From: an uncultured archaeon
GTDB lineage: Archaea; Asgardarchaeota; Thorarchaeia; Thorarchaeales; Thorarchaeaceae
DNA: 64,000 nucleotides
Direction of reading: 5' to 3'
Assembly: GCA_964631415.1 (NCBI GenBank)
Contig: CAZVZC010000001.1
Location: forward strand, 100,638-164,637
In this document: positions 40,762 through 48,794 of the stretch, one piece after another
Layout: every line of letters begins with the position of its first letter
How positions within the stretch are numbered: position 1 is the stretch's first letter
Translations under genes and position numbers: made by a program
The notes under the pieces: model-generated
Databases searched by the model: none
What the model was told of the DNA's origin: nothing
What the model saw: only the letters and a program-made list of their open reading frames with translations

Positions 40762-41175
40762 ATGGACAACTACGAGGAGATGCTCCAGAGGGCAAGGTCT
40801 CAAGTCCCTGTTGATGCGTTCAAGAGATCCGGCGAGCGGTTTCAAGTGCCCAAGGCTCAGCTTATGGTTCAGGGCAACAGAAGCCTCTGGCAGAACTTCC
40901 ACGAGATTGTCGGCGTTGTGAATCGACCGGGAAAGGAGGTCCTCAAGTACATCTCCGGACAGCTTGCAACGGCAGGGACTTTCGAGGGCAGCAATGCCGT
41001 CTTCCAAGGCAAATTCACTTCCGATGCAGTCGATGATGTGCTGGCGCACTACATAGACTACTATGTCACGTGTCCTGTCTGCGGACGTCCTGACACAGCC
41101 GAAATCAAGGACGAGAATGCATACTGGCTCCAGTGTTCGGCATGTGGTGCACGGACTTCCATAAGACCCGTCTAG
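40762..41175 (+). CDS. eif2b: translation initiation factor 2 beta
   Basis: YEEML.RA, ERFQVP, YVTCPVCGRPDT, CSACGA. Confidence 0.93.
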   Translation: MDNYEEMLQRARSQVPVDAFKRSGERFQVPKAQLMVQGNRSLWQNFHEIVGVVNRPGKEVLKYISGQLATAGTFEGSNAVFQGKFTSDAVDDVLAHYIDYYVTCPVCGRPDTAEIKDENAYWLQCSACGARTSIRPV

Positions 41176-41431
41176 ATCCCGTGTGGCACGGGCTGCTTGT
41201 TGCTCTGCAGACTCAGATGGTTTCTCGAAGCTGCGATGCAACGTGCGTCGTTGCTGAGTACGTCATTGCCGGTGCAATCCTTATGGCCACATAATCCTTT
41301 ATAGCCCACAAGGGTACTGAGGGCTACTGGTGCTCTCAGAATCACAGTCATCAAAGAAACTCGAGGTCCACTTGCGAATTCCACAGCGGCAGTGTGAGTC
41401 GTTTCAGAGGTCTAAGCCTGGAGGTAATTGG

Positions 41432-41731
41432 TTGGTCGCCGTATACATGCGGGTGCGGAAAACACTCGAACACTACCTCGTGGCCATATGTGATGAGGCT
41501 CTGCTTGGTCAGACTCTAGTCCAAGGCAAGATTCGATTCAAGGTGAGCAAGGAGTTCTATGGGGGCGAACTCGTCGACATGGAGAAGTGTCTTGAACACC
41601 TAAAGAGAGCGACGATAGTGAACATGATCGGAAACAACACAGTGAAGGCCGCAATCGAAGCCGGAATTGTCCACAAGGGGGCCGTGCTGTACATCGACGG
41701 CCATCCTCATGCACAGTGGGTCAGACTCTGA
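41432..41731 (+). CDS. DUF424-family protein
   Basis: LVAICDEALLG, FYGG, ATIVNMIG, IDGHPHAQ; TTG start after GGAGGT. Confidence 0.85.
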   Translation: MVAVYMRVRKTLEHYLVAICDEALLGQTLVQGKIRFKVSKEFYGGELVDMEKCLEHLKRATIVNMIGNNTVKAAIEAGIVHKGAVLYIDGHPHAQWVRL

Positions 41732-41865
41732 TAGGCTGGTTCTTCTAGGCTGAGCCGGTCCGTGCGAACGACGGATGCCTTTCTCTCTGCTGACTCGAAC
41801 TCGGACGGGCCGCATAATACGTCCACGTTTTAAGCAGAGTACATGATGGAGCACTGGCGATCGCC

Positions 41866-42972
41866 TTGAAGGCACCATGTTATCTCTGTGGCAAGGATGC
41901 CGTGTTAGATGGTCTGTGCGCCGAATGCTACGACAAAGAGCATCCTCTGATACGAGTTACTTCCCCATTGGAGATAGTTGCCTGTAAGCGATGCGGTTCC
42001 GTCAAGATACCCGGTGGCTGGAGGACAGTACCACTCTCGTCCTCGGAGTCAGACGAGCTAGTACGCAGACAGATAGATATTCTACTCTCGCGAGAGATTG
42101 AACGTTTCACGAATGACGTCGAAATCACTTATGATATCGAGAACCGGCTCGACAGGGTCGTGTACATCAGGGTCAAAGCCGCCGGTAGGTCTCATGCATC
42201 CCTAGAACCTCATACTGAAGAGTATCCTGTCGAGGTACGTCAGAGCTACCTGACATGTGACACCTGCGGCTTGATGAGTGGCGGCTATCACGAGGCCATT
42301 CTTCAGATCAGGGCGGACGGCCGCGATGTGACCGACATAGAGGAAGAGGAGATTCTTTCCATCGTCACCCAGATTGCTGAGAAGGAGTATGGAAAGGACG
42401 CCAAGGCCTTCGCAGCTGAAACCAAGAGGACGAGGCTTGGTTTTGACTTCAAGATGGGCTCTGATCATATGTGCCGGCTCGTAGCAGACGAATTGCAGTC
42501 TAGATACCTTGCTGATAGGAAAGAGAACTACAAGCTGATCGGGCAAGAACATGGAGGGAAAGGAAAGTATCGCGTGACAATACTGCTAAGACTGCCGCGA
42601 TGGGTCGTAGGTGATTTCGTGAGGGTTGCAGGCAGACCTTGCCAAGTGACATCAATCAACCGGAACGGTGCGACCTGTCAAGACCTGGCTGATGGTCAGA
42701 GATCCACAATAAACCCCAAGAGTTCGAAGTGGCGCACACTGGAATTCTTGGCACCCCAGTCTGTTAAACGCGAGTACATGGTTCTATCTCGAGCGTACGG
42801 GCAGTCTGTTCAGCTTATGGATGCAAAGACATTCGCAATGGTAGAAGTTGAGGAAACCCCGCTGAGTTCGGAGTGGCGCTCAGGAATCAAGGTGTTTCTG
42901 GCTGAGATAGATGGTGCCCTCTACCCCCTGCCCGAGTCGGCTGCCCTTGAATCCGACACCGGGGAGGAATGA
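41866..42972 (+). CDS. nmd3: NMD3-family ribosome biogenesis protein
   Basis: Four CxxC pairs, GYHEAILQIR, YRVTILLRLP. Confidence 0.9.
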   Translation: MKAPCYLCGKDAVLDGLCAECYDKEHPLIRVTSPLEIVACKRCGSVKIPGGWRTVPLSSSESDELVRRQIDILLSREIERFTNDVEITYDIENRLDRVVYIRVKAAGRSHASLEPHTEEYPVEVRQSYLTCDTCGLMSGGYHEAILQIRADGRDVTDIEEEEILSIVTQIAEKEYGKDAKAFAAETKRTRLGFDFKMGSDHMCRLVADELQSRYLADRKENYKLIGQEHGGKGKYRVTILLRLPRWVVGDFVRVAGRPCQVTSINRNGATCQDLADGQRSTINPKSSKWRTLEFLAPQSVKREYMVLSRAYGQSVQLMDAKTFAMVEVEETPLSSEWRSGIKVFLAEIDGALYPLPESAALESDTGEE

Positions 42973-43139
42973 TGGCTGTTCCCGTCGTACGAAATGTCTT
43001 AGCACGGATGTGACAGAAACCACTCGACCAATCTCTGTGCGAGGCCTGAGCTGCCAAAGATGAATTGAATGGATTTGTGTCGCTACGCTTAAATGCCAAC
43101 GGACCCACCCGATGAGAAAGGCCCCCGATACCCCACCGT

Positions 43140-43496
43140 ATGGCCGCTCAATGGATGATCACATTGTCTGACGACAAAGGCGTAGCTCATGACTCTGACT
43201 CCTCGTCTGAGGAACTGATAAGGGTGAGAGTACCCAAGCGGAACGAGGGAGAGATGTTTGGAGTAATAGTGCAGATGCTTGGCTTCGACAGGGTCAGAGT
43301 CAGGTGTGAAGACGGAGAAGTTCGCGTTGGCCGGATTCCGGGTCGTATGAAGAAGCGTGTCTGGATGCGAGTTGGGGACACGGTGTTGGTCGTGCCGTGG
43401 GACTTCCAGTCAGATCAGAAGTGTGACGTGATCTGGCGATACCGTGATAATGAGCTTGACTGGCTGAAGAAGAAAGGCATTCTCAAGATGTTCTGA
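43140..43496 (+). CDS. eif1a: translation initiation factor 1A
   Basis: MLG..RVRVRCEDG..R.GRIPGRMKKRVW. Confidence 0.95.
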   Translation: MAAQWMITLSDDKGVAHDSDSSSEELIRVRVPKRNEGEMFGVIVQMLGFDRVRVRCEDGEVRVGRIPGRMKKRVWMRVGDTVLVVPWDFQSDQKCDVIWRYRDNELDWLKKKGILKMF

Positions 43497-43549
43497 AGTC
43501 GTAACTTCTCATTCATCCGAACCTTACGTGACATTGTGCAGGGCCCGGA

Positions 43550-44359
43550 TTGCGAGGACTGAGCCGCGAGTTGAAACGTGTCGATACCAAATACAGGGAG
43601 ATAGAGTCAGACATTGAGCGCCGGAGGACAAAACGGCGCAAGGATGATGACGAGCTGAAGGTTGTAGAGGGCGTAATAGATCCCCCAACACTCAAGGCAG
43701 TATATCGACTACTCAGTCGTGGCACGCTTCATGCGCTCTACGGTGCAATCAGCACAGGCAAGGAGGCCAATGTATACAGGGGTGTGGATTCTGATGGCAA
43801 GTCTCTGGCCGTGAAGATATACCGGGTGACCACGGCAGAGTCTGACTTCATGCTAGAGTATATCGTTGGTGATCCCCGGTTCAAGAACGTCAAACGTAGG
43901 CATAGATCGTTGATTCCTATGTGGGCTATGAAGGAATACAAGAATCTCCAGCGCTACCATGAGGCAGGAGTGCGAGTACCACGACCGATTGCCATACAGC
44001 GGAATGTGCTGGTAATGGAGTTCATAGGTGACGTTGATGAGGGTGTGCCTGCACCTTTGTTGAAAAACGTTACAATCCCATCGCCGGCCGATACTTTCGA
44101 CGAGGTAATAGGGATGATTGACTTGGCATACAAGAAGGCTGGCTTAGTGCACGCAGACCTAAGTGAGTACAACATCCTGTGGTACAATGGACCCGTCTTC
44201 ATTGACGTGTCGCAGTCTGTACTCACGAATCATGAAAATGCAGAGCGGTATCTCTATCGAGACCTTGAAAACGTCACTGCATACTTCCAGAAGCTGGGCG
44301 TAGAAACCGAGGACCCCAAGGTCATAATGAAATACATCGTTACCCCTGGTGAAGCATGA
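43550..44359 (+). CDS. rio1: RIO1 kinase
   Basis: ISTGKEANVY, LVHADLSEYNIL, IDVSQ. Confidence 0.95.
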   Translation: MRGLSRELKRVDTKYREIESDIERRRTKRRKDDDELKVVEGVIDPPTLKAVYRLLSRGTLHALYGAISTGKEANVYRGVDSDGKSLAVKIYRVTTAESDFMLEYIVGDPRFKNVKRRHRSLIPMWAMKEYKNLQRYHEAGVRVPRPIAIQRNVLVMEFIGDVDEGVPAPLLKNVTIPSPADTFDEVIGMIDLAYKKAGLVHADLSEYNILWYNGPVFIDVSQSVLTNHENAERYLYRDLENVTAYFQKLGVETEDPKVIMKYIVTPGEA

Positions 44360-44921
44360 GATGGCGTTTCAGGAAACTATCAGAGTGCCGGCAGACAGGG
44401 TTGGCGTGATTGTCGGTCGTGACGGTAGAGTCAAGAGAAGAGTCGAGCAGTTGACGAACGCGCGGATAGAAGTCACTCCAGACGGAGTTGTCACTATAAC
44501 AGGTTCTACCGAAACCGCCAACCCGGTCCTCACTTGGAAGGCTCGTGACATTGTCCGTGCAATGGCGAGAGGGTTCAGCCCCAGGAACGCGTTGACTCTC
44601 ATCGACGAGGATGCGAGGCTCGTCGTAATATCACTACGTGACAGTGTCGGGTCGTCTCCAGACCAGCTGAAGAGAGTGGCAGGTAGAATAATAGGAGAGA
44701 GCGGCCGGACTAGGAGGGTGGTTGAGGAGATCACTGAAACCAAAGTCTGTGTCTACGGTCGGACCGTTTCCATGATTGGGACTGACCCCGGGCTAGAGTA
44801 TGCCACACGAGCACTCACTATGTTAGTTGAGGGTGCACCCCATGCAGTGGTCTACAAGTATCTTGAGAAGATGCGCCGAGAGATGAACCGTCAGAAGGCC
44901 GAGCTTTGGGATACGGCCTGA
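44349..44921 (+). CDS. Dim2/Pno1 KH-domain RNA-processing protein
   Basis: RVGVIVGRDG, RGFSP, GRIIGESGRTR, GAPH..VY. Confidence 0.92.
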   Translation: MKHEMAFQETIRVPADRVGVIVGRDGRVKRRVEQLTNARIEVTPDGVVTITGSTETANPVLTWKARDIVRAMARGFSPRNALTLIDEDARLVVISLRDSVGSSPDQLKRVAGRIIGESGRTRRVVEEITETKVCVYGRTVSMIGTDPGLEYATRALTMLVEGAPHAVVYKYLEKMRREMNRQKAELWDTA

Positions 44922-44923
44922 AC

Positions 44924-44984
44924 GTGATGAGCACGTCAATGTAATACCCGGCTCTAATAGGGCTCGCCCTTATCTGCGACCTGA
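44924..44984 (+). ncRNA. possible box C/D sRNA
   Basis: GUGAUGA at 44924 and CUGA at 44981 span the dim2-top6B gap; internal D'/C' unclear. Confidence 0.3.
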
Positions 44985-44989
44985 GCAGC

Positions 44990-46504
44990 ATGAGCCAACA
45001 GATATCTGGCGGAGAGGCATTCACAAGCATTTCTCCTGCCGAGTTCTTCTACCGGAACCGTCAGATGGCAGGTTTCGGCAACTCAACACTCGCAGTCTAC
45101 TCGACGGTGAGAGAGCTCGTTGAGAACAGCCTCGATGCATGCGATGACTCTGGACGTCTTCCTATCGTGACTGTTGACATTACCACAAAGGATTCGGACT
45201 TAGTTTCGGTCACCGTTTCGGACAATGGCACAGGAGTTCCGTACGAGCATGTTGCAGAGGCCTTTGGGAAAGTGCTCTTTGGCAACAAGTACAGCGCAAG
45301 ACAGAGGCGTGGGACTTTCGGTCTTGGTGCCACGATGGCTGCCTTGTATGGGCAAGTGACCACCGATTGTCCTTTGGAGGTGCACACTCAAACAGGAGAG
45401 TCTACAGGCAAAGCATACCGGTTGTTCATTGATATAGAACAAAATGTACCCGTCGTAGACACAATAACAGATCTCAGTAGGGACGGCCCGGGTACATCTG
45501 TCACAGTCCATCTGAAAGGTGACTTCAAGCGTGCACAGGACCGTGTCCTCGAGTACCTTCGAATGACTAGTGTTACCAGTCCTCATGCAAGATTACTGCT
45601 CCGAGTCAATGCAGTCACACAGGCTGAATTCGGCCACTGGACTGATACTCTGCCGAAGCCAACCACGGCTTCGAAGCCTCATCCTAGGGCCGCAGATGTT
45701 GAGCTACTGAAAAGGATGATTGCAGACAACAATGAGAAGCGGCTGAAGGACTTCCTAACAAGCTCATTCCAGCAGATTGGAGATCGCACGGTGTCAAGAT
45801 TGCTCAAGTACGTGTTCCTTGACCCTCGCAAGAATGTTGGATCGTTCACACGTGAGGAGGTATCCCATCTGAGCGCGGCGCTCCGCAGCTTCGATGGCTT
45901 CGGCCGTCCCGAGGCTGACTGCCTGAGCCCGCTGGGCAAGGAGGTCTTTATGACGTCAGTAGGCGCGACGTTCGAAGTGTCGTTCAGCGCATACTCAAAA
46001 AGAGAGCCGTCTGAATGGGATGGAAATCCCTTCATCATCGAAGGGGTCTTGGCAATCGGACCTAGATTTCCTCCGTCTGAGGTCCCGACCCTCTACAGGT
46101 TCGCCAACAGGGTTCCTCTGCTCTACGACTCGAGCGAGGACGTCTTCATGAGAGTACTGAAGAAGATTGACTGGACTCGATATGGTCTGACCGTTCCTCA
46201 GTCAGTTTCGGTGTTTGTTCATTTGTGCTCTACGCGAGTACCCTATAGAGCCGCTGGAAAACAGTCGATAGCTCCAATTCCCGAGATTGAGGCAGAAGCA
46301 CTCCCTTTCTTTAGAGAGCTGGGAAGGGCTTTATCCAAATCGGCGGAGAGGGTAGCGCGTTCGGCCCACGATATCAAGAAACGCCGGGAGTTCATCAAGT
46401 CCTTTGGAATGGTGGCAGGATTCGGAGCAGCTCTAGCCGAGTCAGAACCCCCACCTACTGACCATCTTGTAGCTTCTCTCTTCGAGGTGAACGATGATGT
46501 CTGA
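44990..46504 (+). CDS. top6B: DNA topoisomerase VI subunit B
   Basis: SISPAEFFYRN, RELVENSLDA, DNGTG, RFANRVPLLY. Confidence 0.95.
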   Translation: MSQQISGGEAFTSISPAEFFYRNRQMAGFGNSTLAVYSTVRELVENSLDACDDSGRLPIVTVDITTKDSDLVSVTVSDNGTGVPYEHVAEAFGKVLFGNKYSARQRRGTFGLGATMAALYGQVTTDCPLEVHTQTGESTGKAYRLFIDIEQNVPVVDTITDLSRDGPGTSVTVHLKGDFKRAQDRVLEYLRMTSVTSPHARLLLRVNAVTQAEFGHWTDTLPKPTTASKPHPRAADVELLKRMIADNNEKRLKDFLTSSFQQIGDRTVSRLLKYVFLDPRKNVGSFTREEVSHLSAALRSFDGFGRPEADCLSPLGKEVFMTSVGATFEVSFSAYSKREPSEWDGNPFIIEGVLAIGPRFPPSEVPTLYRFANRVPLLYDSSEDVFMRVLKKIDWTRYGLTVPQSVSVFVHLCSTRVPYRAAGKQSIAPIPEIEAEALPFFRELGRALSKSAERVARSAHDIKKRREFIKSFGMVAGFGAALAESEPPPTDHLVASLFEVNDDV

Positions 46505-47549
46505 TGTCACTGCCCCTCAAAATGCTCTCACGCTACTGGGAAGACGAGTCGTCCAGAGCATCATTGAAGGCAGCTTTCCCACGCTAGAGATACCAGATCG
46601 AAGTACTGAGAACATAGTTTTCGACCCAGATCAGCGTCAGTTCGTCCTTGGTGGTTCTCGAGTGGTAAGGGACTCGAGCAACATCAGGCATGTCAAGAGC
46701 TTCGCGCAGCTGCTCTGGACTGCATACTTCGCGAAGGAACTGCTAAAGGCCTCTCGCACTAGCACGCTCAGAGACCTGTACTACTCAAGTGAGGCCTTCG
46801 GCGTGAAGTTCACAGACCAATCCGAGTCGGACCGTGTTGTTACCGATCTAGAGTCCCTGACTGGTCTCGCTCGAGAAGACTTTGGTGTGTTCCCAGAGGA
46901 GCACTCATCGGTCTATGGGCAGGTGACGATGCGCTACACGGTGCCAGGTTATGATGGGCGCGAGGTGGAACTGACTGTTAGCCCCGATGGGCTGCCTATT
47001 GGCCCTGCACTGATGACAGCAGAGCCTGTCAGAACCGACGCTGAGATTGTACTGGCAGTTGAGTCCGGTGGGATGTTTGGGCGATTGATAGAAACGCGGG
47101 CTTGGGAGCGGTTCAGGGCGGTTCTAGTTCAGCTCGGAGGACAGCCACCAAGGTCTACGCGCCGGCTGATGCGTCGTCTTCACGAGGCGCTAGGACTGCC
47201 GGTTTACATATTCACAGATGGCGACCCTTGGGGTATGCATATTGCCCAAGTCATCATCACCGGCAGTGCAAATGCCGCTCATGTCAGAGGGCTCACTGTG
47301 CCGGATGCCAAGTGGATAGGAGTCACTCCTGCTGATATCAGCAACTATTCCCTTCCGACCGAACAAATGAACGATGCCGATCTCAAGAGATTGGATGAGT
47401 TGACCCAAGACCTGAGATACGCGGACAGTGCTTGGCAGGAACACATTCGGGGTTTCAGAGAGCTACGACGAAAGGCGGAACAACAGGCTTTCAGCAGGTA
47501 TGGCATGGACTATGTCGTTGATACATATCTGCCAGACAAGCTACACTAG
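46494..47549 (+). CDS. top6A: DNA topoisomerase VI subunit A
   Basis: TLRDLYY, TOPRIM FTDGDPWG, KAEQQ. Confidence 0.95.
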   Translation: MMSDVTAPQNALTLLGRRVVQSIIEGSFPTLEIPDRSTENIVFDPDQRQFVLGGSRVVRDSSNIRHVKSFAQLLWTAYFAKELLKASRTSTLRDLYYSSEAFGVKFTDQSESDRVVTDLESLTGLAREDFGVFPEEHSSVYGQVTMRYTVPGYDGREVELTVSPDGLPIGPALMTAEPVRTDAEIVLAVESGGMFGRLIETRAWERFRAVLVQLGGQPPRSTRRLMRRLHEALGLPVYIFTDGDPWGMHIAQVIITGSANAAHVRGLTVPDAKWIGVTPADISNYSLPTEQMNDADLKRLDELTQDLRYADSAWQEHIRGFRELRRKAEQQAFSRYGMDYVVDTYLPDKLH

Positions 47550-48583
47550 AGCCATCCAATCCCCAACGGGTATGCCAACAGAAGCAAGAGGACGCCTGAG
47601 TAGGCAAGCACTGCTTGGAGCAGGACAAGCAGCATGACGTTCTTCTTCTCAGTCATTCTCTTGGAGAGATACGGCAGTAACCAGTACATCGTGAATGGTC
47701 CGGCTACTTCCAGCGTTCCGTCAGGACGCGGCGATGCGAACTTTGCATACTTCGCACCAGAACGTTTGACATGTATTCTGTATATGATATACATCACGAA
47801 GTTCGCAAGGTAAGTAATGAAGAGTATCGCAGCCAGCCTGTCCATGTTGCCGAGTATGAGTGCAGCGGCCATCGTTGCTCCCAGTGGCAGAATGCCGACG
47901 TCGCCTGACAACACCCTTGCGGGATACCAATTGAAAACCAAGAACGCAACGGATGCCCCAAGTAGTGCACCTGCGATGGTTGCTGCGTCAATCTGCGCCT
48001 GTGCGGTGCTCCCTGGTGTGAAGAATGGTGACAGAACCACATAGACCACCAGTGCTGAGGAATTCACACTGGCTAGTCCCGCCTCAAGACCGTTCATGCC
48101 GGCATACATATTGGTGGCATCGATTATGAAGGTCGTCATGAGAGGTACTACGACGAGCGGGTACAGTATGCCTAGATTCACTGTGCCTATCAGCGGCAAC
48201 GAAAAGGTCGGAGTGCCTACACTCATAGCAACCATGGGAATCGACGCGAGCAGAGGGAGGGCGATCTTTGTCCTGTTTCTGAAGTCCAAGTTGTCATCAA
48301 GCAACCCAATCAGCCCTGCCATCAGGATAGACACCAGCGCCGCCATGAGCGATGGAGCAACAACCTCTTGCTCCTCAAACGTGGTGATTCCGATGACAAT
48401 CAGCAGCGCTGTCACTACCGCAAAGAGCACGATGATGCCGCCCCCCTTTGGTATCACTGGTCTTTCCGGTTTATGGACATCAATCCCCGTCTTACCTTTC
48501 TCGATGAGCATCCTGATAGTGCTAGGCATAGCTATTATCACGAACACGAATGCAATCACAATGGCAACCAGAATCATGAGCAT
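47546..48583 (-). CDS. MraY/Alg7-family UDP-GlcNAc:dolichyl-phosphate GlcNAc-1-P transferase
   Basis: GIDVHK...IPKGGG, GLLDD, NMYAGMNGLE, FNWYPARV..GD. Confidence 0.88.
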   Translation of the reverse strand: MLMILVAIVIAFVFVIIAMPSTIRMLIEKGKTGIDVHKPERPVIPKGGGIIVLFAVVTALLIVIGITTFEEQEVVAPSLMAALVSILMAGLIGLLDDNLDFRNRTKIALPLLASIPMVAMSVGTPTFSLPLIGTVNLGILYPLVVVPLMTTFIIDATNMYAGMNGLEAGLASVNSSALVVYVVLSPFFTPGSTAQAQIDAATIAGALLGASVAFLVFNWYPARVLSGDVGILPLGATMAAALILGNMDRLAAILFITYLANFVMYIIYRIHVKRSGAKYAKFASPRPDGTLEVAGPFTMYWLLPYLSKRMTEKKNVMLLVLLQAVLAYSGVLLLLLAYPLGIGWL

Positions 48584-48794
48584 GCTAGAGTCTTCCGGGT
48601 CGGGCTGACTCTGGCTGGGTTTTACACTTTTCGGATAATGACTGCTCTGCCATGCTATTCTTTCTGATGTCGAAGGTACATTTCGTGTATGTACGAAACG
48701 TATTTAACGACTCCAGAAACTCGACCGCATCGTTTGCGACTGGGCCAGCCCAGAGGCGACAAGTCGCTGAGAACCTCGTCTGCGGTGACAAGTC

